A DNA stretch of 60,459 nucleotides, counting the filler. It is 5 parts of 5 records of this genome, joined end to end, with 100 filler letters (N's around TTAATTAATTAA, not from the genome) between each part and the next. Parts side by side here need not be neighbours in the genome. Positions count along the whole stretch, not along the records: positions 1 to 6,056 come from SRR2962707_902; positions 6,157 to 14,054 come from SRR2962707_906; 3 more parts are not named here. One strand, written 5' to 3'. The first letter of the stretch is position 1, and each line of letters begins with the position of its first letter. The translations under genes and the position numbers were made by a program. This document shows positions 1 to 12,062 of this stretch, one piece after another. Under the pieces are notes generated by a model. It did not search any database, was not told where the DNA came from, and saw only the letters and a program-made list of their open reading frames with translations.

Positions 1-339
1 ACAACACACCAGGAGCTGCCTCATCTCCCCACCCACCCCCCACCCCATCCCGACCACCACCACCAACAACAACAACGCACTCGCACACCGCCCGAGGGCA
101 TTTCTTTTCTTCGACACGCTTTCCGCAGACATTGGTGTGCGTTCTGTTTTTGCTTTCTTTTTTTCTTTTTGTGTTTTCGTGTTTTCTCTTTTTTCGCGCC
201 GGGGCTTGTTGTGGGCCGTGGGTTTTTTGTGCGTTGTGTTGTTGGTCAGTTTTGGTGTTTCGTGTCGTTTTCATTTAGTCCTCTTCTCCTTTCCCTCGAA
301 TTTTAGTTCAAAGGCGCTTTGTGTCTCAAGTTCAAAAGC

Positions 340-2713
<2,374 letters not shown>

Positions 2714-3132
2714 TGGCAACAGAAGTGCGCACTGTCGCCAACGAAGTGTCGCTGGTTTGCTGACTTGTTTTTGTACCTCTATAATTAACTGTTAGAGATG
2801 TTGTCAGTTTGTGGACTCGTAGCGTGCGCGCAAAGGTTTTGATTGTGGAATTGAGAATCCTGAAAAGGAGTTTCCGAAACTTTGGCGCCAGTTTAAAAAA
2901 TACGCATGTATGTGCTTTTCTCACGGGAAAATGCACGCTGGTTCATCATTAATTTGGTGCCGTCCAACTTTACAAATAAATGCAACAAACGGAAGCCAAA
3001 GGCGTTCCGCCAATAGCTCGTTGCCCCTTTTGGCAAAGGCCGACACCTGTGTGGCCATGACGACAGCCAAAAGTCTCGAGGAGTACCAGCAGTGCACGCC
3101 CTGTCGCCCGTCGCATGCAGAAGCGCTTTCGT

Positions 3133-6056
3133 TTATGAACTAGTCTTCCAGGGCTGGAAGAGGTCGTCTTTCTCTGCAAGCGACGGTGAGTGCAAGTTTT
3201 GGCCTCCACTGGAGTGGCGGGACTGAAGCTGGAATGAGAGCCCAATTTGGTGGCCATTGCTCGGAATGGTCTCGGAGAAAAATTGCAAAAATTGACTGAA
3301 TCCATCGCGCACGAGATCCATGGTGTTGAGCCCACGAGCCGCAGTTAAGTTCTGAACGGAGGCATTGACCGATATCTGTGTAGACATGGACCCAGTCCCA
3401 AAAACATCAAGCATCCATCGCAAAAAAAGCGCACTTGACAAGAAACGCACTTTGCACGTCAAGTGCACATGGCTAGTGGTAAGAGCTGACAACAGGGTCG
3501 ATACTTGCCAAACTTGCGTGTGAACCAGACTTCCGGTTTTCGAACAGAATCAGGTAGCCAGCGTCGGTGTGGAATTTTGTTCTACAATCCCCCACAGCGG
3601 CAAGTGTCACAAAGGCAAAAAAATATTGATGAGCAATTTGATCAATGGCAGCATGTCATCACACGTACAGTTGGTAATCAGGGTTGGAGCTCGAGAGTTG
3701 GATACAATTTCGGATGCATTCGGGCTCCTTTACATTACGAATCATTTCTGCAAGAACCTACACGCATGAAGAGTATGCAAGCACGGAGCACGGAGAATAT
3801 TTCAACAGCTGGAGCAGGGTGAGAAACAAGCGACCTCCAAAAGGTCTCACGCTTACTGTTCGTAACGTCGAGCCAGATACTTCAATTTCGGGATTGTCCT
3901 CCAACAGCACAGCTTGCGACGAGTAGAGTACCATGTTGCATTGTGAAAAAGATTGGCGACTTCCAAGTCGTACTGCGGCGACCATGTACGAGCCAGCATC
4001 AACAGAAACCTCCATACGCGGTAGACTTCTTCGCGTTCGCACGCTTCGGTCGCTGGAATCATAGCATCGCCAACCAAACCACACCACACATCAAACGCTG
4101 CAATGAAACCATGCCAATGCAATAATCGATAGCGTGACACGCAACCGTGACACACCTGCGCGCCACATAGTGCCACCGACCAGTGATGTCGCTCCAGCGG
4201 CACAGGACAAAAAAAACCGCACCGCAGCAGCCGCTTGTGTCAAAGAACTCAAATTCCAGATCCGTTCCCCGAAAAACCTCCAACCGCACAGCATCTGTCG
4301 CGTGGGGAGCTGAATCGTTGGGGCTGGCTGCTACATGACGAATGCGACGCCAGCAATATCGCACTGTGCAGCCTCCGAGTCGACACTTTGCAACAGCAAC
4401 ATCGTAGAAGTATCGGTAAAAGTCATCAAACATCTGCATGCCAAAGTCGTACAAACACACATCCGTCCATGCATACATGCAGGACAAGCACTGTTAGTGT
4501 ATAACCACGACTGCCATTGGTCTATATTTTGGAAGGGTCTGGCAAAATGCAGTCAACATCATGTCAACGAACCATCCAAAATTCACCCACGCCCTCGGCT
4601 TGCTCTGGATGGAAAGAGTCAACCTACGTGAATTGCACAATCAAAAAAGCAAGGCAGTGCACACATGGTAAGAGGCGGCAACTCTCGTCGGTGAAATGGA
4701 TCAATGTACCAGCTACCACTTCGGCCGAGGCATACCTGGCGTAGCATTTCGTGCGTCCATCGGGTTTTGTCAGAATTTCCCCAGCGTCCTTTCCAGCATT
4801 TTGCTCCCCACGGATTTCGCAGTTGCACAAGTCGAACTGTGTGCCCTTTGTGAACCAACATCTTGGTTGCCAGAAGTGAGTAACAATGGTTTGTCTGCAG
4901 TCCAAGGTCATTCGCATATCGCTGAGTTGTCGCAGCGTCCACGAAGTCTGGGGCGCAGCTCGCTCCCATGAGGAAACCTGCAGCGACAAACGAATCCAGC
5001 CGTGCCCATAGCATGTCCAAGTCCATCGCAGGGGCCGCCTTTCCGCGGCCAGCACCTCCCGCCGACACGCTTTCAGGATGAAGCCATATTTCCTCGCAGG
5101 CCATGCCAGTTAAACAACGGAGTCCTTCGATTGAGCGACCCCCAGCTAAGGCAGCATAGCCACCCAACTGCTTCGCCAGGGCTTTCTCTATCAGCGGGGC
5201 CCACAGCTGTCCTCGATGCATGCGCGAAAATACAAGACTCTGGTGTTTGTTGCATGGCAGTAAGTCGTCAATGACAACTTCCTGTTTCATTCCGTCGATG
5301 AAGAATGTCAAATGATACCTGATGGTAGGAACCGTACGTTGTGAACAACCGCTCACAAATAGCATCTTCAAATAATGCAAACATCGATGAGAGGTGCTGG
5401 TTGTGACTGAGAGAGAAGGACTTACACGCCAATTTTTGCAGCAAGTAAAGCAGCAAGCTGCTCCTTGTCCGAAATGGCTCTGACTTGTGCAGGCGGTAAA
5501 GGGCCCACTTTTGAAGCCATGGAGTATGCTTTGCACTCAAACATGGCTTTAAGAAGAGCCGGCTTCTGGGCTAAAACTGCCAACGCACTGACTAACCAAC
5601 AGTTTCCCAACGATCCCTGTTCCAAATCACTAGGGCGAGGTGGTTCCTTTGTGTCAAAAAGGACAGGATTCCGGCTTCCATCCCGGCGGCGCAAATTACA
5701 CGGGCGAAGCCACTGTGTGACCTGGGCTTGAGTGTCTGGCGGGAGGCCTCGAAGTATTGACGGGCCGGGAACAAAGGAGTCATCAACAAATTTTTGGTTC
5801 AGTGAACCACAGAGGCGCACAATGTCTACGATTCTTTTCTCAGCTTCGCTCATTCCTGAAGAGGTTGATGCAACTGAAGATGAGGGAGCAAGCATCGAAG
5901 AACTTGGCAGAGGTCGACTTGCAACTTGCGTGGACTGTGGTAGTCCCGGGTCTGCTTTCAATGTATTGTGGCCTCGAATGAATGAATCACCCCGGATGCT
6001 GGATCCACCTCCACCTCCACCAAAGGCTCCCACTCCTCCTCCTCCTCCTCCTCCTC
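3133..6056 (-). CDS. Calpain-15/SOL-like cysteine protease (CysPc plus SOL-homology C-terminus); multi-exon, 5' end beyond the contig edge
   Basis: Exonic segments carry FVDDSF, WLRP, QGSLGNCWLVSALAVLA (catalytic Cys), IDDLLP, LWAPLIEKALAK, NHCYSLL (His) and LRNPWG (Asn). The C-terminal ARGLNTMD..LHSPSL..LFQP resembles the SOL domain end. Exon boundaries are not fully resolved. Confidence 0.8.
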
Positions 6057-6156
6057 NNNNNNNNNNNNNNNNNNNNNNNNNNNNNNNNNNNNNNNNNNNN
6101 TTAATTAATTAANNNNNNNNNNNNNNNNNNNNNNNNNNNNNNNNNNNNNNNNNNNN
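6057..6156. other. Artificial contig spacer
   Basis: N-run with central TTAATTAATTAA (stops in all frames); composition changes abruptly across it. Confidence 0.98.
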
Positions 6157-6183
6157 TCCTTGGTTCGAGCCCAAGAGGGAGAG
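6157..6183 (+). tRNA. 3' end of a tRNA, probably tRNA-Asn; likely attachment site
   Basis: T-arm CTTGG-TTCGAGC-CCAAG, acceptor 3' strand AGGGAGA and discriminator G. The implied U1-A72 pair with G73 fits tRNA-Asn. The anticodon is not in the contig. Confidence 0.75.
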
Positions 6184-6196
6184 CAAGTTTTAAATC

Positions 6197-6242
6197 AAAT
6201 GAAAGAGGTTTATGAGTGATCGTAGACCTCTTTTCATTTTTT
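6197..6242 (+). terminator. Long hairpin / intrinsic terminator downstream of the tRNA
   Basis: AAATGAAAGAGGTTTATGA-gtga-TCGTAGACCTCTTTTCATTT followed by T-run. Confidence 0.7.
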
Positions 6243-6264
6243 AGGTTCAACATAGGTCAAACAT
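6243..6264 (+). repeat. 11-bp tandem direct repeat, left end (candidate integrase arm-type sites)
   Basis: AGGTTCAACAT AGGTCAAACAT; related pair at 13995-14016. Confidence 0.6.
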
Positions 6265-6456
6265 TTTATGATTTCAGCCCCTATTAAGGTTCTGAAAAAA
6301 TTTTCTTGACTATTGAACTATTTTCTAAAAAGAGTTGTCTTTCCATTGTGCAGCAAATTTCTACTGCTGCAATTGAGTTTTTAATCCAAGAGTTTTTATT
6401 ACTGAGTTTTATGCACTATTCAATGTGCATCATTATTAAAATTTAACAATAATGGA

Positions 6457-6762
6457 GTGGATAAAATACTCAAAGAGCTTCAATCTTTAAAGAAGCAGTT
6501 AAATCAAATCAGTGTACAAACCAAAGAAATTTTAGACACTGATGAGCTTTCAAATTATTTAAATCTTTCAAAATCTTGTATTTACAAATTCTTGAGTCAA
6601 GGAGAAATACCTTGCTATTGCCCTGGTGGTAAGAAGAAGTATTTCAAGAAATCAGAAATTGATGAGTGGATATTTAAGAGTAAGGCTGAAAGCTTAGATC
6701 AGCTTGCTTCAGTAACAGATTCATATCTAAGCCGGATCATTAATCCTCTTAGTAATGATTGA
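6457..6762 (+). CDS. Helix-turn-helix excisionase-like (HTH_17/Xis) protein
   Basis: KEILDTDELSNYLNLSKSCIYK..EIPCYCPGGKKKYFKKSEIDEWI is a typical Bacteroidota Xis pattern; GTG start. Confidence 0.85.
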   Translation: MDKILKELQSLKKQLNQISVQTKEILDTDELSNYLNLSKSCIYKFLSQGEIPCYCPGGKKKYFKKSEIDEWIFKSKAESLDQLASVTDSYLSRIINPLSND

Positions 6763-7654
6763 TTTTGTTAAAATTAATTGGAGCACTAATGACTGCCTTG
6801 CCACGTACCTTACTAATCCAAACAATCATCTTGAGTTTGATTCAGTTTGGAGAAAAAATTGCCTCAAAAGTAATTGTGAGAGTTATCCAATTGGTGGGGT
6901 GAAATATAATATGGATTTGAAAGCATTTGAGAAAAGTGCATCTGCAAAGAATTCAATTCATAAGATGTTCAATTCCCTTACTATTGGAGAGGTAGTAAAC
7001 TATACAGATTTCTCATACTCTAATCTATTGGGATCAATTCAATTCTTGGAAGAAGAATTACCATGTATTGATGAAACATGGCTTTCGTCTTTAGAATTCG
7101 GATTTAATATAAGAGTAGATGAAAAGGCTGAAAAAATAATTTCTCAGACCTTTAGAATGCACAAATTCAAAGACAATAAGGCCCTTCATAGATTTAGAGG
7201 TGAAGGTTTTTTATATCAGTTTGAGTACAATGATTATCTCATTAAAATCTATGACAAGGCAAAGCATTACAACCTGTCTTATCATTTATTAAGGATTGAA
7301 GTCAAATACAGGAATAGCAAGACTTTGAGAAAGCTTGGGGTATATCAATTATCAGACTTAAAGCAAAAAAGTGTTCTTTCAGAATTATATGAGGATTTTA
7401 AGAAAAGAATTAATGACATACTAATAGTTGATAAAGTTGACTGGAATCAAATTGACAAAAGTGATATAGTCAAACTCAAAACTTTCTTGAATCCTTACTA
7501 TTGGGAAAATGAATTGGAAGGAAAATCTCATACCACTAGAAAAAGAAAGAGAGATGAGCTCTACACTTTACTTGATAAGTATGAGCTGAATACAACTAAG
7601 AATAGAATCATGGAATTATTGGATTCCAAGTTTCAACAATTAATTAATTCATAA
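6755..7654 (+). CDS. Putative rolling-circle replication initiator (phage/plasmid gene II/X, Rep_trans-like)
   Basis: N-terminal MIDF, NSIHKMF, LEFGFNI, IKIYDK (candidate catalytic Tyr) and LLRIEVK motifs; overlaps the xis stop. Confidence 0.65.
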   Translation: MIDFVKINWSTNDCLATYLTNPNNHLEFDSVWRKNCLKSNCESYPIGGVKYNMDLKAFEKSASAKNSIHKMFNSLTIGEVVNYTDFSYSNLLGSIQFLEEELPCIDETWLSSLEFGFNIRVDEKAEKIISQTFRMHKFKDNKALHRFRGEGFLYQFEYNDYLIKIYDKAKHYNLSYHLLRIEVKYRNSKTLRKLGVYQLSDLKQKSVLSELYEDFKKRINDILIVDKVDWNQIDKSDIVKLKTFLNPYYWENELEGKSHTTRKRKRDELYTLLDKYELNTTKNRIMELLDSKFQQLINS

Positions 7655-7661
7655 ACCAAAG

Positions 7662-7703
7662 GAGTAAGGAATTACAGTTATATAGGAATGTAATTTCTTA
7701 CTC
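7662..7703. other. 15-bp stem / 12-nt loop inverted repeat between rep and int
   Basis: GAGTAAGGAATTACA-gttatataggaa-TGTAATTTCTTACTC with one G-T mismatch. Confidence 0.75.
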
Positions 7704-7722
7704 TTAGTTAAAGATACAAGAC

Positions 7723-8973
7723 ATGACAAGCGTAAAAATATTATTAAGAAATAAGCCCAGAAATGATGGGTTTTATCCTATCGTTTTAAGAGCCATAAAA
7801 GACAGAAAAGTCAAATTAATATCATTAGGTCTTCATTGTAAGAAAACTGATTGGGATGAATCAAATTCAAAATTCAAAAAATCTCACCCTGAGTATATGA
7901 GGAGAAATAGACTACTTCTTGAACTCCAAAGCAGAGCATATAAAGTAATTGATGAATTTATTGAACAACAAGTTGATTTTACCCTTAATCAGTTTGAATC
8001 AAAATTCAGATTCCAAAAAGTTTCTGAGGTAACCGTCAAAGACTTTTGGCTTACGAAGATTGAAGATTTAAATAAAGCTGGAAGAACAGGGAACTCCAGA
8101 GCATATAAGGATACAATGAATTCATTTTTCAGATTTGAAAAAAATCAAAATATTTCCTTTAGAGAAATTGATTTTGAGAAGTTAGATAAGTATGAGACCT
8201 ATTTGAGATCAACCGGCTCTAATAATGGAGGTATAGCAGTTAGAATGAGGGAAATCAGAGCTTTGTATAATGAAGCTATAAAAAAAGGAATTGCACATCT
8301 GCATCATTATCCTTTCAAAGAATATAAGATTTCCAAACTAAAAAGCACTCCTGTAAAAAGAGCCTTAACAAGGGATGAAGTGAGGAGTATCGAAAATCTT
8401 GATGAATCAGAATATCCCCATCTAGCATTCTCAAAAAAGTTGTTTGTATTCTCATATTATACATGCGGAATGAATTTCTATGACATGATGAAGTTAAAAT
8501 GGTCCAATATTGAAGGTGACAGAATTGTGTATGTGAGGTCTAAGACTAAGCATAGTTTTAGCATTCAAATACTAGAGCCAGTTAAGGATATCTTAGAGTT
8601 TTATTCGCAACATAATAAGGGAACAGAGTATATATTTCCATTGATTCTAAACTCAGATATGAGTCCGATTCAGATAGAAAACAGGAAGGCAAAGACCCTC
8701 AAGAAATACAATAGAGATTTAAAGGAAATCGCTAGAGTATTAGGGATTCAAAAGTCAATTACAAGCTATGTTGCAAGACATAGCTACGCTACCAATATGA
8801 GGCAATTGGGGACTTCTCCTGATATCATTAGTCAAAGCATGGGTCATAAGAATGTAAGTGTCACAATGACCTATTTAAGAGAGTTGGATTCTGAAACAAT
8901 TGATGGGGCAAACAAGAAGCTATTGGAAGAGTCAAAATGCAATTATCATACTAGCTATAAAGATGTTGCTTGA
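7723..8973 (+). CDS. Site-specific tyrosine integrase, Bacteroidota type (arm-binding, SAM-like and catalytic domains)
   Basis: N-terminal YPIVLR..RKVKLISLG..W arm domain; YVRSKT, TSYVARHSYA, SMGH and TMTYL catalytic motifs. Confidence 0.93.
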   Translation: MTSVKILLRNKPRNDGFYPIVLRAIKDRKVKLISLGLHCKKTDWDESNSKFKKSHPEYMRRNRLLLELQSRAYKVIDEFIEQQVDFTLNQFESKFRFQKVSEVTVKDFWLTKIEDLNKAGRTGNSRAYKDTMNSFFRFEKNQNISFREIDFEKLDKYETYLRSTGSNNGGIAVRMREIRALYNEAIKKGIAHLHHYPFKEYKISKLKSTPVKRALTRDEVRSIENLDESEYPHLAFSKKLFVFSYYTCGMNFYDMMKLKWSNIEGDRIVYVRSKTKHSFSIQILEPVKDILEFYSQHNKGTEYIFPLILNSDMSPIQIENRKAKTLKKYNRDLKEIARVLGIQKSITSYVARHSYATNMRQLGTSPDIISQSMGHKNVSVTMTYLRELDSETIDGANKKLLEESKCNYHTSYKDVA

Positions 8974-9009
8974 AAGTATGCAAGAAACATTTTCTAGTCA
9001 ATAATTATT

Positions 9010-9040
9010 GAGGCTAACAGAATAGTTAGCCTCTTTTTTT
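9010..9040 (+). terminator. Intrinsic terminator after int
   Basis: GAGGCTAAC-agaata-GTTAGCCTC-TTTTTTT. Confidence 0.85.
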
Positions 9041-9065
9041 AACGATTCAAAAACATATTCTGGTA

Positions 9066-11828
9066 TCAGTTATCAAACAATTGAAAATACTGTTGTGCAA
9101 CAATGCCATCTTGATTTTCCTTCAAATATGCCTCTAGATGACCTTTAAGAGCTTTTGAATTTTTGTATCTTTCAATATAATATTTAGTTCTGCAAGCATT
9201 CAACCACTCAACATGAAATTTAGAATAATCGAAGGCCTCTAAGTCAATTAGCCAATCATAATAATCTGAAATACCTAGATATCTTGAAAAGTAATCCGAC
9301 GGTACTTGAGCTTTCAACTTGAACCTAATATTTAATAACTCAGTGAGGGTGTCATTATGCTTCCACCTTGAAAATCGTAGTTCCTTTTTTTCCCAAGCTC
9401 TAATTCTTTCATCCACAATTTTCAGGTATTCCTTCCAATGTGTAGAATAGTCTATAATATCATATAGTACAGCTATTATGTATAAATCATAATCGAAATT
9501 ATTATCCAAAATATTAACTACCTCTTTCCTTACTAAGTCTTGACTATCAGTAGACATCAACAAATAGTACTCCCCCAATTTATCTTCGTGAGTATCTTGG
9601 CAATTTTTACATTTTGCAAGACAGCTATTAATTATTCTTTGAACTTGCTCCTCTTTTGAAATCTTGATATTTAAATCACTCTTCAAGATTGAGTTCTTTA
9701 TCGCTGTGATTAGTACTGAATTGTGAAGTTTGGGGTCTGAGTAGCTCAACTCTATTAATTTAAAATAGTCTTCAGATGAAATAGATTGAGATTTTCTTAA
9801 CAAGAAGAGGTTAAATGATCTAGGGATAAATGGGGTTCGAACAATTTTTTGATCTAAAAGGAATTTTATTATTAGGCTTGAAAGCTCTTTCTCTACCTTT
9901 TGACCAAGTTCAATGATTGATATGAAGAAAAGTAAGTTTTTAATAAGGTTCTCATACTTCATTTTAAAACGACTCTTTTCTCCATATTTATTCTTGAGTT
10001 GATCCTCGAATGCCAAATAATCCGTGAATGCATTTCGAGCCCAATTTTCCAATCCAATTTTTGATGTTTTCTTATACCTTATGGTAGAAATATTGTGTCT
10101 ATCAAACGTCTTGAAAAGGTCTTCATTTCGACTATTAAAAATCAGTCTCTCTATGTAATAATCATCAAAATATGAGAGCCTAACACTAGACTCAATTGCC
10201 ATGTTGTGACTTATTATAAGCAACTCGAACAAATTCCTATGTACAACAAAATTATCAGTGAAGTGACTCCAGAAGATATAGTTTCTAGACAGCAAATAGT
10301 CATAGGAAGCATATTCAAAAACAAAATTGTTTAAGCTACTACTTTGGCCATATCCGCCATTTCTATATAACTGATCAAAGTCTTCTAATGAGTTTTTCGT
10401 TTTTAGTAATTCGTAATATATTTTTCTAGTGAACCTATTTTCCTCAATCCATTCAAGAAGTTTCCAATTCTCATAATTGATTGCTTTCTGTTTGTATAGA
10501 TCAGCTTCCAAATCAATTTGATTAAGGTCATGCAGTTCAGCCTCAGATAATTTGCCACTGTAATTAATCGAGAATTCTATCTGGGATATATTATATCGCG
10601 CTAGAAATCTGGAAATTATTTGCGTACTATTTTTTTGGAGGTGGTTTAAAGTTTTGAATGCAGAAACATAATCCTCAAACAAATAATTAACGAAGGCTTT
10701 CTTTCTTTTTTCTTTAACCTCATCTGACTCTAATACCTCAAGGTTTTTAAGGCTGTCAGAAAATTTAAATCTATGAAATGAGCAATAACAACAATCACAT
10801 GAATCTTCTTCTGTTTTGATGTTAAAATAATTACCACTTTCAGAGCCAATTCTAAAAGCGAGATTAAGATTTAGGTATTTAAAGAATTTGGATAAAGTAG
10901 TCGAACTGTCTCCCTTAACTTGACCATTTTCACTAATATTATCAACTAGTTCAGCCAGATCTTCATTATTAGTACGTAAATCAAATTGGTGAAACGAGCT
11001 AGATCTCTTTTTCCAATTTAAGTTTATCGGATAAATTCTTGCTAAAAAAAAAGGAGGGATAAAATTCAACTCATCAAATACAGTTTCAACAAAATTCTCA
11101 ATGTCCTTTTCCAAATCTGAAGTTGAATCTAATCTCAGTGATTTAAAAAGCTCTATATCTGAAGAGTCATTCCTTTCATTTTCAACTTCCCTTTCTATTG
11201 CTGGTAATATTTCCATTCTCAATAGCCCATGAATACTACTAGCAAAGAATGATTCCTTACTAGGCAAGTAATGGACTAAGTCAGGATGTAATTGGTTTTT
11301 TGACTCTCTACCTTCAGTAAAGTCAGTAAAGTTTTTGGAAACAAAAATAAAAGAGGAATCCCTCTGTTTTGATACATATTCTATTGATTGTAAGAAGAGA
11401 CTTGCATCATTGTAATTTCCTCGATTCTTTGTTAGGTGAAATGGTGCTTTTCTTTCTTCTGCCAGGGTGCCAACTTCTATTTTAATCTCATCATTGGATT
11501 GTAAAACTATTCCTCTTTCGATGATTTTATCCAAACGCTGCAAGTTCAATAGATTCTTTGCATGAAAAGTGTCAATTGCTAAGTTGACATTAACAGCCTT
11601 ATCTATCGCCTTTTTAAAATGCTTTAAATGCTTTTTTTGATTCCCTAATTTCTTACCAAACTCAATGGCTTTTTGATCTTTATTTCTATTCCATTCTTCA
11701 AGAATAAGGTTAGGAAGGAGTAAGAATATGTTTTCTTTATTTAGCCATTCCTCTATTATTTCAATCTCATCTTCATTTTCAATTGCATCCAGAAAGATGT
11801 TGGCATCTAATAGTAAGTAGTAGTTCAT
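9066..11828 (-). CDS. 920-aa protein: N-terminal PIN (DUF4935-like) nuclease plus long helical, DSR2-like body; candidate anti-phage protein
   Basis: LLLDANIF (D8), P..ILEEWNRNK (E45), KAPF..YNDA (D141) and FVSKNFTDF (D169) form a PIN acidic tetrad. The C-terminal YDWLIDLEAFDYSKFHVEWL resembles the DSR2 C-terminus as recalled. Confidence 0.75.
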   Translation of the reverse strand: MNYYLLLDANIFLDAIENEDEIEIIEEWLNKENIFLLLPNLILEEWNRNKDQKAIEFGKKLGNQKKHLKHFKKAIDKAVNVNLAIDTFHAKNLLNLQRLDKIIERGIVLQSNDEIKIEVGTLAEERKAPFHLTKNRGNYNDASLFLQSIEYVSKQRDSSFIFVSKNFTDFTEGRESKNQLHPDLVHYLPSKESFFASSIHGLLRMEILPAIEREVENERNDSSDIELFKSLRLDSTSDLEKDIENFVETVFDELNFIPPFFLARIYPINLNWKKRSSSFHQFDLRTNNEDLAELVDNISENGQVKGDSSTTLSKFFKYLNLNLAFRIGSESGNYFNIKTEEDSCDCCYCSFHRFKFSDSLKNLEVLESDEVKEKRKKAFVNYLFEDYVSAFKTLNHLQKNSTQIISRFLARYNISQIEFSINYSGKLSEAELHDLNQIDLEADLYKQKAINYENWKLLEWIEENRFTRKIYYELLKTKNSLEDFDQLYRNGGYGQSSSLNNFVFEYASYDYLLSRNYIFWSHFTDNFVVHRNLFELLIISHNMAIESSVRLSYFDDYYIERLIFNSRNEDLFKTFDRHNISTIRYKKTSKIGLENWARNAFTDYLAFEDQLKNKYGEKSRFKMKYENLIKNLLFFISIIELGQKVEKELSSLIIKFLLDQKIVRTPFIPRSFNLFLLRKSQSISSEDYFKLIELSYSDPKLHNSVLITAIKNSILKSDLNIKISKEEQVQRIINSCLAKCKNCQDTHEDKLGEYYLLMSTDSQDLVRKEVVNILDNNFDYDLYIIAVLYDIIDYSTHWKEYLKIVDERIRAWEKKELRFSRWKHNDTLTELLNIRFKLKAQVPSDYFSRYLGISDYYDWLIDLEAFDYSKFHVEWLNACRTKYYIERYKNSKALKGHLEAYLKENQDGIVAQQYFQLFDN

Positions 11829-12062
11829 ATCAATTTCTCCTTCATTTCCAATATAAAACAGTTTGCCAAAATTTTTAAAAAAATTTGGACCTTAAGAATA
11901 CGCAGAAGACCCTATTTAAACCACCCCCTCTAATGCCAAGAGTCGGGCATCCCCCCACCCAATTTAAGATTGGTAAAAACCACGTTCTGAGAATAAATCA
12001 AGGTGAAAGCTGATTCAATCAAGTGGTTACATCTGGTCATTTTTCAACAAAAATTTATAGAA

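Noticed and set aside
6057-6156. TTAATTAATTAA motif recurring four times; apparent eukaryote-bacterium junctions suggesting horizontal transfer
   Set aside because: Always embedded in 100-nt N-runs, so it is a synthetic linker and the adjacency is artificial
9066-11828. Ordinary VapC toxin of a type II toxin-antitoxin pair, or canonical DSR2
   Set aside because: At 920 aa with no adjacent antitoxin it is not VapC, and the N-terminus lacks SIR2 motifs (GAGxS, TxNYD, HG)
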